In this document: in pieces, positions 20,092 to 29,045 of the stretch
Layout of the letters: every line of letters begins with the position of its first letter
How positions within the stretch are numbered: position 1 is the first letter of the stretch
Assembly: GCA_036744355.1 (NCBI GenBank)
Contig: DAIOID010000001.1
Location: forward strand, 11,727-75,726
DNA: 64,000 bases
Reading direction: 5' to 3'
Source: Brevundimonas sp.
GTDB taxonomy: Bacteria; Pseudomonadota; Alphaproteobacteria; Caulobacterales; Caulobacteraceae
Notes under the pieces: generated by a model
The model's input: only the letters and a program-made list of their open reading frames with translations
Told to the model about the DNA's origin: nothing
Databases searched by the model: none
Position numbers and translations under genes: made by a program

Positions 20092-20235
20092 ATGACTGAC
20101 AAGGCCGTCTATGAAGCCCCCGCGATGACCTCGCTGGGCTCGTTTGAAACCCTGACGCAAGGCGCTGCGACCGGTTCGCAGCTCGATGCGTCGTTCCCGA
20201 CCGGCACCCCGTTCGGCGATCTGACCTTCTCCTGA
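20092..20235 (+). CDS. Lasso peptide precursor (47 aa)
   Basis: Translated by hand: MTDKAVYEAPAMTSLGSFETLTQ-GAATGSQLDASFPTGTPFGDLTFS; AAGGAGG RBS; YxxP..G..T(-2) leader, Gly1, Asp9, C-terminal Ser. Confidence 0.92.
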   Translation: MTDKAVYEAPAMTSLGSFETLTQGAATGSQLDASFPTGTPFGDLTFS

Positions 20236-20324
20236 TCCCCGGCGCGTCAGCGCCCGATCAAGAAGACCTGGCCGGCGGGATCTCAAGGGATCCCGCCGTG
20301 CTTCTTTGCGCCTGGAGGCGACCC

Positions 20325-20600
20325 ATGGATGTAATCGGATCGGTCCTTGCAGACCCCGAGGTGGTGGCCACGGAAGTGGAGGGCGGCGCGGCCCTTTTGG
20401 ACCTGCGCACGAGCCAGTATTACGGGCTGAACGCGGTCGGCTCCTTTGTCTGGGCGCAGCTCCAGGCGCCGAAGACGCTGGACCAGTTGGCCGCGGCGGT
20501 CAGCGAAGGCTTCGCCGTCGAAGCCGCCGCCTGCCGCCCCGACATCGCCCGCCTGCTCGAGGACTTCTCGCGCGCCGGGCTCGTCAAACGCGATGCCTGA
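20325..20600 (+). CDS. Lasso peptide B1 protein (PqqD/RRE)
   Basis: LLDLRTSQYYGLNAVGSFVW..L, DI..LL..F...GLV; GGAGG RBS. Confidence 0.92.
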   Translation: MDVIGSVLADPEVVATEVEGGAALLDLRTSQYYGLNAVGSFVWAQLQAPKTLDQLAAAVSEGFAVEAAACRPDIARLLEDFSRAGLVKRDA

Positions 20601-21018
20601 CACCCCGGGGCCGCGCCGCTCCCTCGCGGACTACCGCTTCTGGAGCCTCGCCTGGGCGGCCCTGGCCTTTTACCGCGTCGCCCTGTGGCTGGCTCCGTAC
20701 CGGCGGGTCGCGCGACTGCTGCCGGCCTCCGGCGGGGCGCCGGCGCCGTCCTGGGCGAGCCGAAGGGTGCGTTGGGCCATCGCCGGGGCCGCGCGGCGCG
20801 TCCCTGACGCGACATGCCTGCCCCAGGCGCTCGCCGCCCACGCGCTGCTCTCCCTCCAGGGTTACTCCTCCCTCATCCGGATCGGCGTGCGCCGCGCTGA
20901 GGCCGGCGACGTCCAGGCGCACGCCTGGGTCGTCAGCGGCGACACCCTGGTCGTCGGCGATGACGGGGAGAGGCTCGAGGGCTTTTCCCCTCTCATTGAT
21001 CTGGGGCGACGTGGATGA
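20593..21018 (+). CDS. Lasso peptide B2 leader peptidase (transglutaminase-like)
   Basis: TCLPQALA, IGV, AHAWV catalytic Cys/His motifs. Confidence 0.92.
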   Translation: MPDTPGPRRSLADYRFWSLAWAALAFYRVALWLAPYRRVARLLPASGGAPAPSWASRRVRWAIAGAARRVPDATCLPQALAAHALLSLQGYSSLIRIGVRRAEAGDVQAHAWVVSGDTLVVGDDGERLEGFSPLIDLGRRG

Positions 21019-22922
21019 CCGCGCTCGCGGGCTGGTGGCCAGCCGGAGCCGGCGCTCCCGACGTGGCCGACGCCAAAAGCGGGGGTGGGGAGAGGGTGCG
21101 ACTTCTCCTCGACGCCATGGGGCCGCGCGGCGAGGCCCATCGCAGCCTCCACGCCGCCCCGGGCGGCCTCGGCCTCGCCGTGGGCCACCTGACGGGCCGC
21201 GCCGGCCCCCCCTTGCAGCGGGCGCAGGGGCTGATGATCGCCCTCGACGGCCGCCTGTACGGGCCTGGAGGCGACCCGTCGAGCGACCCTTGCGCGGCCG
21301 CCGCGACCGTCTATCGCGAGCAGGGCGTCGACGGGCTGGGCCGGCTTGAGGGCGACTTCGCGCTGATGATCTGGGACGAGGCGACCGAGCGCCTGATCTG
21401 CGCGCGGGACGTCCTCGGCGCGAGGCCTCTGGTCTATGCGTCCGGATCGGAGGGGTTCGCCTGCGCGTCTGAGGAGCGCGGCCTGCTGCCCGTCCTCGGC
21501 GGCGAGAGCATCGACGATCTGAGGCTGGCGGAATTCCTCGTCGGCGTGCCGCCGCCGGCGGACCGCGGCCAACGGTCGTCCGTATACCGGGTTCCGCCGG
21601 GCTGCGCCCTTATCGTGTCCCGCGACGGCGTGGAAACGCGCCGCTTCGCCAGCCTCGTCCTGCCGCCGCCGACGGGCGATGCGCGCGGACGGCAGGCTGT
21701 CCGCTTTCGGTCCCTGCTGCAGGACGCCGTCCGCCGTCGGATCGCCGCCGAACCGGCCGTCGACTGTTTCCTGAGCGGCGGACTGGACTCCTCGAGCATC
21801 GCCTGCCTGGCGGCGGCGGAGGCCGTGAACCCCTTGCGGACATTGTCCCTGGTGGACGATGCATCGCCCAACCTCAGCGAACGCCCCTTCATCGAGGCGG
21901 CGGCCGCTGCCTGCCGGCCGGCCGACGCCGTCTTCCACGACGTCGGCGGCCACGATCCGTTTGCGGGCGCTGAGGCGGCGCTGCGCCGACACGCGGGTCC
22001 CTTCGCCGCGCCCAACCTGCTGATGATGCGCCCGCTCTACGAGGCCGCGCGGCCGGGTTCGGTGCTGTTGGACGGCCACGGGGGCGACGAGGTGGTGTCC
22101 AAGGGCGTCGGACGGCTGATCGACCTTGCCGAGGGCCGCCGCTGGCTTCGGCTGCTGACGGAGCTTCGCGGCGTGGCGGACCTTTACGGGGAGAACCCTT
22201 GGCGCATGCTTTGGGCGCTTTATCGGGGCTATGGCGGCGGCCGTCGCGGTATCCATCTCCTGAACCGTCTGGCCGCCCGGATCGCGCCGCCCCCGCCGCC
22301 GCTCGGCGCCCAGGCTGGCCTGATGCTGCTGTCGGAAGCGTTCCGGCGCCGGTCGGGCATTGAGGCGACGCTTGAGGCTCGCCGACGGGGCCGTCCTGAA
22401 AGCGGACGTGCGGCCGAGCACGCCATTCTGCTCGAGCCGCAGCAGGTCTTCGCCCTTGAGGTGCTGGACCGGGAGGCCCGGGATGCGGGCGTGGAGGTCC
22501 GGTTCCCGTTCTGGGACCGCCGCCTGATCGACTATGCGCTCGCCCTGCCCACGGAGGCCAAGCTGCGGGGAGGGTGGACCCGGATGATCCTGCGCGAGGC
22601 CCTGCGCCGCGACCTTCCCGACAAGGTCCTGTGGCGCAGGGACAAGCACGACTTTTCCGCCCAGCTTCTCCGGGGACTCCGGCGCAGCGCCTGGGTGTCG
22701 ACCGAACGCCTGGAGGCGCTTCGTCCTCTGCTGGCGAGATTTCTGGACATGGAGCGCGTTTTGACTCTGCGGCGGCGCCTCGACGGGGAGGTGGCCCCTG
22801 ACGGCGCCGACCTTCAGGCGCTCTGGCGGATCGGCCTGCTCGGCGTCTGGCTGTCGATGGAGGCCGAGGGCCCGCCTCCGGCGCGGAGTTTGCGAGGGGG
22901 ACGCACTGATGTCCCGCATTGA
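21015..22922 (+). CDS. Lasso cyclase (asparagine synthetase-like C protein)
   Basis: LEGDFAL, ARD.LG.RPL, LSGGLDSS, LLDGHGGDE, RFPFWDRRL; lacks the N-terminal Cys of a true AsnB. Confidence 0.9.
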   Translation: MTALAGWWPAGAGAPDVADAKSGGGERVRLLLDAMGPRGEAHRSLHAAPGGLGLAVGHLTGRAGPPLQRAQGLMIALDGRLYGPGGDPSSDPCAAAATVYREQGVDGLGRLEGDFALMIWDEATERLICARDVLGARPLVYASGSEGFACASEERGLLPVLGGESIDDLRLAEFLVGVPPPADRGQRSSVYRVPPGCALIVSRDGVETRRFASLVLPPPTGDARGRQAVRFRSLLQDAVRRRIAAEPAVDCFLSGGLDSSSIACLAAAEAVNPLRTLSLVDDASPNLSERPFIEAAAAACRPADAVFHDVGGHDPFAGAEAALRRHAGPFAAPNLLMMRPLYEAARPGSVLLDGHGGDEVVSKGVGRLIDLAEGRRWLRLLTELRGVADLYGENPWRMLWALYRGYGGGRRGIHLLNRLAARIAPPPPPLGAQAGLMLLSEAFRRRSGIEATLEARRRGRPESGRAAEHAILLEPQQVFALEVLDREARDAGVEVRFPFWDRRLIDYALALPTEAKLRGGWTRMILREALRRDLPDKVLWRRDKHDFSAQLLRGLRRSAWVSTERLEALRPLLARFLDMERVLTLRRRLDGEVAPDGADLQALWRIGLLGVWLSMEAEGPPPARSLRGGRTDVPH

Positions 22923-23850
22923 CCCACCTGCACTCTCCGGCCATCGCTACAGGGCGTTCGGCCTCTGCATCGACAGCGATCTGGCGCTGCCGGAGCTGCC
23001 GGTTGATCCGGGCGCAGCATCCGCGGACGTGTGGATCCGCAGAGGCCAAGTCGAGAGCGTGCTCGGGCCCGGCGACCCTGCGGCGTTCCGCTTCGAAGAC
23101 GATGACGCGCTTCTCAGCTGGCGCGAGGTCGGCGACTTCCGGGTCCGGAACGGACGGGCGATCGACTATGCGCCGCGGGCCGGGGTCGACGAGGCGCTGA
23201 CCAGCCTGCCGCTGCTGGGGCCCGTCATGGGCGTGCTCCTGCAGCACCGGGGTCTCCTCACGCTTCACGGGAGCGCGATCGCCCTCGACAACGGCGTCGC
23301 GGTTTTCCTGGGAGACAAGGGCGCGGGGAAGTCCACGACGGCCGCGACGCTGATCCAGGCGGGCAAGACCCTGCTGACGGACGATATCGTCGCCATCGAA
23401 GGGGGATCGCCGCTCCGGCTTCATCCCGCCTATCCCCAGGTGAAGCTGACGCGCGAAGCGGAAAGCGCGATCGCGGTCTGCGGCCAGACGATGGCCCGTC
23501 CCCATCCGGCCTTCGAGAAGACGCGGTTTCTCGTCGATGCGCCTTTCGATCCGGCGCCGCGCGCGCCTGCGGCGGCGTTCGTGCTGGAGAGGGGCGACGA
23601 GTTCCGGCTCACCCCGCTGACGGGGGCCGATGCGCTGATGGCCCTGATGCGCTTCTCCTATGCGACGCGTTTCGGCCGCGCGCTTATTCACGGGCGGACG
23701 GCGACGGCGCATCTGCGCCAGTGCGCCGATCTCGCGCGGCGCATTCCCGTGCGGCGGCTCACGGTGCCGAACGGTCTGGAGCGCCTGAGGGCGCTGCCGG
23801 ACTGGCTGGAGGCGGAGCTGGCCGCGCTGTCGATCGAGCCGGCGCCATGA
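22909..23850 (+). CDS. HPr-kinase-like lasso peptide kinase
   Basis: YRAFGL.I.SD..LPEL, LHGSAI, GDKGAGKST Walker A, LLTDD. Confidence 0.85.
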   Translation: MSRIDPPALSGHRYRAFGLCIDSDLALPELPVDPGAASADVWIRRGQVESVLGPGDPAAFRFEDDDALLSWREVGDFRVRNGRAIDYAPRAGVDEALTSLPLLGPVMGVLLQHRGLLTLHGSAIALDNGVAVFLGDKGAGKSTTAATLIQAGKTLLTDDIVAIEGGSPLRLHPAYPQVKLTREAESAIAVCGQTMARPHPAFEKTRFLVDAPFDPAPRAPAAAFVLERGDEFRLTPLTGADALMALMRFSYATRFGRALIHGRTATAHLRQCADLARRIPVRRLTVPNGLERLRALPDWLEAELAALSIEPAP

Positions 23851-25694
23851 GCGACGTCCGGCCGCGTTCCGGGATCTCCCGCGTGGCGGGGTTCGCCCGT
23901 TTCGTCGTCGCCCGCTCCCGGCGAAGGGTGGGTCGGGCGGCGCTTTTTCTCGTGCTCGGCAGTCTCACCGAAGGGCTGTCGATCCTCCTCCTGGTCCCGC
24001 TGCTGGCGTTGCTCGGCCCCGGCGCGCAGACGATCAGCCTGCCCTTGCCGGAGGGTATCGCCGGCGTTGCGGGTCAGAGCGTCCAGATCGGTCTTCCCGC
24101 CGCGCTCGTCGTGCTGACGGTGGTGATCGCCCTGCAGGCCATGCTGATGCGCGCCAAGACCATCTATATGGCCGACCTGCTCGTCGCCTTCGTGGATCGA
24201 CTCCGCCTGGGTCTGTTCCGGGCGATCGGCGAGGCGAGATGGCGCTTTCTCAGCGCGCGGCGGCAGGCGGACCTGCAGCAGGCGCTGACGGTCGAGATCG
24301 AGCGGGTGCATGTCGCGCTGAACCACCTCCTGGCGCTCGCCCAGACCCTGGTGATCCTCGCCATCTACACCGGGGTGTCGCTGCTCATTTCGCCTGCCAT
24401 GACCCTCGTCGCTTCGGCCGTGGGCCTGGGCTTCCTCGCCCTCCTGACGCCGCTGCGGCGGCGCTCAGCGGCCTACGGGGTGGTGGTCACGGGCCACAAG
24501 CAGCGACAGTTCAGAACGGTGGACGCCTTCCTCGGGGGCCTCAAGGTGGTCAAGAGCCTCAACGCCGAACCTCGGTACGTCCAGCGGCTCGAGCATGACC
24601 TTGAAATCGCTCGCTCCGACTTCCATCGCTATATGACCGTGGCGTCCCTCGCGGGGGCGATGTTCCAGGTGCTGAGCGCTGTCGGCCTGAGCGTGTTCGT
24701 TTATGTCGCGCTCACCCTGCTTCAGGTGCCGATGGCGCAGCTGATCGTGATGATCTTCCTGTTCATGCGCATCGCGCCACGGTTCACGGCGATCCAGTCC
24801 CACCTCCAGGAGTTGCAGGTCAATCTCCAGGGCTTCGACGAGGTCCGGCGCCTGACCGTCGCCTGCGAGGGCGAGGCTGAACCCAAGCCGGGTCGCGCCT
24901 CCGCGCCGCCGCTGCGGGAAATGCTGACCTTCAGGGATGTGAGCTTCGGTTACGCCTCTGAGGCGGAGCCGATCCTGAAGGGATTGTCCCTGGCCTTGCC
25001 CGCCGGGCGCATCACGGCCCTGATCGGGCCGTCCGGGGGAGGCAAGAGCACCATCGGCGACCTCATCCTGGGCCTGCTCGAGCCGCAAAGCGGAGAGATC
25101 GCCGTCGACGGGGCGCCCCTGAAGGGCGAGCATCTGCGAGCGTGGCGGCGGTCTGTCGCCTATGTCCCGCAGGACGTCTTCCTCATGCATGACAGCATCC
25201 GGGAGAATTTGCGCATCGCCGTTCCCACGGCGGACGAAGCGGCCATGTGGGCGGCGCTGGATATGGCGCAGGCGGGCGGTTTCGTCCGCCGCCTGGACTA
25301 CAGGCTGGACACGGTTGTCGGGCCGCGCGGCGCCCGTCTCTCGGGGGGCGAGCGCCAGCGCATAGCCCTGGCGAGAGCCCTGCTGATGGAGCCGCAGCTG
25401 TTGATCCTGGACGAGGCGACGAGCGCTCTGGACTGGGAAAATCAAGCGTTGATCGCCAAGGCCATCGAGGATCTGCGGGGAAGGATGACCGTCATTACGG
25501 TCGCGCACCGACCGTCCATGATCAACTTCGCCGACTGGGTTCTCGCCGTCGACCAGGGCCGACTGGTGGAAGCGGGCACGCTGAAGGACCTGTCATCGCG
25601 GCCCGGTTCCGCCGTCGCACGGATGATGGCCGGAGAGAACGGCGCTTCCGGGGGCGAGGGGCCGAAGCCATCCGCCAGGGAACCGGCGGCATGA
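23847..25694 (+). CDS. ABC exporter (fused TMD + NBD)
   Basis: TM domain, GPSGGGKST, LSGGERQR, LILDEATSALD, AHR. Confidence 0.93.
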   Translation: MSDVRPRSGISRVAGFARFVVARSRRRVGRAALFLVLGSLTEGLSILLLVPLLALLGPGAQTISLPLPEGIAGVAGQSVQIGLPAALVVLTVVIALQAMLMRAKTIYMADLLVAFVDRLRLGLFRAIGEARWRFLSARRQADLQQALTVEIERVHVALNHLLALAQTLVILAIYTGVSLLISPAMTLVASAVGLGFLALLTPLRRRSAAYGVVVTGHKQRQFRTVDAFLGGLKVVKSLNAEPRYVQRLEHDLEIARSDFHRYMTVASLAGAMFQVLSAVGLSVFVYVALTLLQVPMAQLIVMIFLFMRIAPRFTAIQSHLQELQVNLQGFDEVRRLTVACEGEAEPKPGRASAPPLREMLTFRDVSFGYASEAEPILKGLSLALPAGRITALIGPSGGGKSTIGDLILGLLEPQSGEIAVDGAPLKGEHLRAWRRSVAYVPQDVFLMHDSIRENLRIAVPTADEAAMWAALDMAQAGGFVRRLDYRLDTVVGPRGARLSGGERQRIALARALLMEPQLLILDEATSALDWENQALIAKAIEDLRGRMTVITVAHRPSMINFADWVLAVDQGRLVEAGTLKDLSSRPGSAVARMMAGENGASGGEGPKPSAREPAA

Positions 25695-26704
25695 CCGCCC
25701 GATCCGCTGAAGACATCGTGAGCGGCCTCGTCCACGTCCGGACCACGGCCTATAAGCGGCCGGAGCTCCTGGAGCGCTGTCTGCGATCGCTGACCGCCCA
25801 GACCTGGCCGGATTGGGTCTGCGACGTCTACGACGACGATCCGGAACAGGGCGCTCGCCGCGTGTGCGACAGCCTCGGCGATGCGCGGATCCGCTACACC
25901 CCGAACCGGGTGCAGAAGTTCGCGTCTCGGAACATCGATGCCTGCTTCACCTCGGACAATCCGCATCGCGCGGAGTTCTTCTTCGTTCTCGAAGACGACA
26001 ACTACGTCTTCGACGACTTCATGGCGGCGAACATCGCCCTGTGCCGCCGCCACGGCGTCGAGGTGGTGCTCCGCAACCAGGTGGTGGACTACGACCTCAG
26101 CGGGCGAGACCGGCGGATGTCGACCTTCGGCGTTCTTGACGCCGTCTATCCCGAGGGCGTGCAGACGGGAGAGACCATCCGCCTCGGCGCGCTGCCGGGG
26201 ATCGGCGTGTCCAACGGCGGGGTGTTCTGGTCGGCGAGGGCGCGCACCGATTTCGAGATCGGTTTCGCCTGCAACGCCTCGCTGCAGGAGTATCTGCGCA
26301 CCTTTGCGATCGTCGACGACGCCTATGTCGCGCTTGAGCCGCTCGCCGCCTGGGCCTCCAACGGCGAACAGACGATGCGGAACCACGGCGATCGCGCGGG
26401 CTATCTGAAGCGCGAGCTCGACCTGAAGCGCGCGATCCAGACGCTCCGCCGGGAGATTTGGCGTACGACCAGCGAATCGGGCAGGGCGGCCCTGCTCAGA
26501 GGCGAACGGTTGCCGGCTCGACCGAGCGTCGTCGCCGAAGCGCTGCGCAAGGCGTTGATCGCGGAACGGGTCGAAGGCGCCGGTCTCTCGCTGCGCGAAA
26601 CCGTCACCCTCACCCTCAGGGGTTTGCTGATCGCCGCCGCCGGCCATGTGGATCCCGAGTTGCGGATGTTCCTGGCCAGCCGTGGCCCGAACGCGTCTGT
26701 CTGA
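25691..26704 (+). CDS. GT2/GT-A glycosyltransferase (last gene of the lasso operon)
   Basis: AYKRP..L.RCL.SL.AQT, VYDDD, LEDDN; ATGA overlap with the ABC gene stop. Confidence 0.8.
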   Translation: MTARSAEDIVSGLVHVRTTAYKRPELLERCLRSLTAQTWPDWVCDVYDDDPEQGARRVCDSLGDARIRYTPNRVQKFASRNIDACFTSDNPHRAEFFFVLEDDNYVFDDFMAANIALCRRHGVEVVLRNQVVDYDLSGRDRRMSTFGVLDAVYPEGVQTGETIRLGALPGIGVSNGGVFWSARARTDFEIGFACNASLQEYLRTFAIVDDAYVALEPLAAWASNGEQTMRNHGDRAGYLKRELDLKRAIQTLRREIWRTTSESGRAALLRGERLPARPSVVAEALRKALIAERVEGAGLSLRETVTLTLRGLLIAAAGHVDPELRMFLASRGPNASV

Positions 26705-26715
26705 TCGGATGCGGG

Positions 26716-27675
26716 TCAGGCGCGGCGACGGCGCACCCGGCGCGCCAGGCCTTCCACGACCGACCTGGCCAGGCGCCGGCGGCTGTCCGCGCGACCGAGG
26801 GCCTGGACCAGAGCCTTCGCGTCGCGACGTTTGAGCCGCTCCACCAGCTCGACGTAGCGGCCGACGTCGACCAGCGCCTTGCGTCTGGCTGCGAGCGCGG
26901 GGCGGTCGGCGGCGCTTGCCGCAGGCTCGAGGGTGTCAAGGGCGCCGAGCATCTGTCGGACCTGGACCGCCGTCAGTCGATAGGAAAGCGACGTGGTGCG
27001 GCGACGGTAGGCGTAGAGCGCCTGCGGAACATAGTGGTAGCTGAAGCCGGCCGCGGTCCAGCGCGCCATGAGGTCGAAATCCTCGCCGATCAGCAGGTGC
27101 TCGCGATAGGCTTCGCCGAGTTCGGCCAAGCGATCCCGTTTCAGCATAGGCTTGAGATAGCCGAGCTCGGGCGCGGGAGGCCGGCCGAGGCCGCCCAGCA
27201 TCAGATCCCGGAAGGTCAGGATGCGCGGCGCCGGCCAGAGAGCTTCCGGAATCCAGCGGTGATCGCGGCTGCGGTCGTCTTCATAGAAGGCCGCCATATT
27301 GTCGGCGACGGCGTCGCAGTCCTGCCTCTCGGCGTAATCGGCGAGCGTCTCCAGCCGGACCGGATCGATGTGGTCGTCGGCGTCGACGACCGCGATCCAG
27401 CGTCCGCGCGCCTGCGCGATGGCGAGGTTCCGCGCTGCGGCCGGGCCCCGGCCCGGGCCCGCCACGCAGCGCACCCGCGGATCCTCGAGCGCATGGCGTC
27501 GGGCGATGTCCGCCGTATCATCGCTCGAGCCGTCGTCGACGACGATCGCCTCGAAGTCCGCCAGCGTCTGGCGTCGGACGGACCGCAGCGCCTCATCCAG
27601 GTAAGGGGCCACATTGAAGGCGGCCATGACGATGGAGACGCGAGGGACGGGGACGTGTTCGCGAGACTGCGTCAT
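26716..27675 (-). CDS. GT2 glycosyltransferase (ExoO-like)
   Basis: VSIVMAAFN, VVDDGSSD, GPAAARN, VDADD, LGYLKPM, IGEDF; start could be 27690. Confidence 0.88.
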   Translation of the reverse strand: MTQSREHVPVPRVSIVMAAFNVAPYLDEALRSVRRQTLADFEAIVVDDGSSDDTADIARRHALEDPRVRCVAGPGRGPAAARNLAIAQARGRWIAVVDADDHIDPVRLETLADYAERQDCDAVADNMAAFYEDDRSRDHRWIPEALWPAPRILTFRDLMLGGLGRPPAPELGYLKPMLKRDRLAELGEAYREHLLIGEDFDLMARWTAAGFSYHYVPQALYAYRRRTTSLSYRLTAVQVRQMLGALDTLEPAASAADRPALAARRKALVDVGRYVELVERLKRRDAKALVQALGRADSRRRLARSVVEGLARRVRRRRA

Positions 27676-27728
27676 TCTGCTAGGGTCCATTCGCCGGGCG
27701 GACCCGCCGGCTCCGAGCGCTCTCAACC

Positions 27729-29045
27729 ATGGCCGTATCAGCGTCAGCACCAATTGCAACCCGCCGCGGCGGCCCGCGGCTGCCCGCCGTGCCGGTCGGG
27801 GTGCTCGCGGACGCCGCCGTTGTCTGGCTGATGCTGGGCATGTGGCTCGGTCTGCTCGGGCCGCTGGCTCCGCTGATGGTGCTCACCGGGGGCGCCGCGC
27901 TGGCCGCGCTCCATCCGGCGCGTCTCCTGCGGATGGTCCGGCTCTGGCCGCTCCTGCTCATCGGCGTCCTGGCGCTGATGTCGGCCCTCTGGTCGAGCGA
28001 ACCCCAGGTCAGCGCGCGCTACGGTCTGCAGCTTTTCGTGACCATCGTCATCGCCGGCGTCGCCGCCGCCGCCTGCCCGCCGGGCCAGCTCGTGCGCGGC
28101 CTCTTCATCGCCTGCGCCGTCGTCCTGGTGTTGAGCATCCTTTCGGGACGGCAGGGGGTCTCGGCCAGCGGTCCTGTACTGATCGGCCTTCTGGGCTCGA
28201 AGAACGAGATGGGCACCCTGTGCTTCATCCTGCTCTCCGCGAGCGCGACCGTGGCGCTCGGCCAGGATCAGCCGCGCTGGATGCGCCTGGGGGCGGTGCC
28301 CCTGGGGCTCCTGGGAGCGCTCTATCTGCTGATGGCCTTTTCCGCGGGCTCGGTCCTGGGCGCGGCGATCTTCTTCGGCGTCTTCGGCGTTCTCGTCGTC
28401 GGCTCAAAGCTGTCGGGCTCGGCGAAATTCCTGCTCGCCCTCACCATCCTGGTCCTTGCCGCGCCCCTGTGGATGATCCGATCCGACCTGGCGGGCCTCT
28501 GGGAACATTTTCTGGTGGACGTGCTCAACAAGGATCCCGGTCTGACCGGCCGCGACTATCTGTGGGCGCACGCCGACCGCCTGATCGCCCAGGAGCCGCT
28601 CCTCGGACACGGCTATCGCTCCACCTGGCTCGGCCACGGCGCGGACACCATCGGCCTTCTTCGGTGGGCGGGCCTTCAATCGGGCGAGGGCTTCAGCTTC
28701 CACAACTCCTACAGGGAATGGCTCGTGGACTTCGGCTGGGTCGGCGCGTTCCTGATCGTGCTGGCGCTGGGGGTCGGGCTCCTGCGGACGGTCCTTCGCG
28801 CCATGGGGCCGCAGACCGATGCGGCCACGCTGTTCTTCGCCTCGATGGGACTCGTCTTCGCCATCCGCGGCTATTTCGAGTACGTGTTTGGTCCGTTCAG
28901 CTCGAGCACGATCATCGTCGTCATCGTCGCCGGCATGGGCTATCTCGCCGCACCGGCCGTCGCGCGCAGGCCCGCGCCCCGATCTCGGTCAGTAGAGCTG
29001 AAGGTCCTGGGCGCCCAGGAGGCGCGACACGACCCCGCGGTGTAG
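27729..29045 (+). CDS. Wzy/ExoQ-like polymerase (O-antigen ligase family)
   Basis: Multi-TM; SALWS, GSKN, KDPGLTGR..LW, LGHGY, FHNSY. Confidence 0.85.
   Translation: MAVSASAPIATRRGGPRLPAVPVGVLADAAVVWLMLGMWLGLLGPLAPLMVLTGGAALAALHPARLLRMVRLWPLLLIGVLALMSALWSSEPQVSARYGLQLFVTIVIAGVAAAACPPGQLVRGLFIACAVVLVLSILSGRQGVSASGPVLIGLLGSKNEMGTLCFILLSASATVALGQDQPRWMRLGAVPLGLLGALYLLMAFSAGSVLGAAIFFGVFGVLVVGSKLSGSAKFLLALTILVLAAPLWMIRSDLAGLWEHFLVDVLNKDPGLTGRDYLWAHADRLIAQEPLLGHGYRSTWLGHGADTIGLLRWAGLQSGEGFSFHNSYREWLVDFGWVGAFLIVLALGVGLLRTVLRAMGPQTDAATLFFASMGLVFAIRGYFEYVFGPFSSSTIIVVIVAGMGYLAAPAVARRPAPRSRSVELKVLGAQEARHDPAV

Noticed and set aside
20074..20286. 70-aa minus-strand ORF in the track
   Set aside because: Antisense shadow of the plus-strand lasso precursor, which has an RBS and family motifs
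21015..22922. Asparagine synthetase AsnB / EPS amidotransferase call
   Set aside because: No N-terminal catalytic Cys, and it follows precursor, B1 and B2 genes, so lasso cyclase fits better
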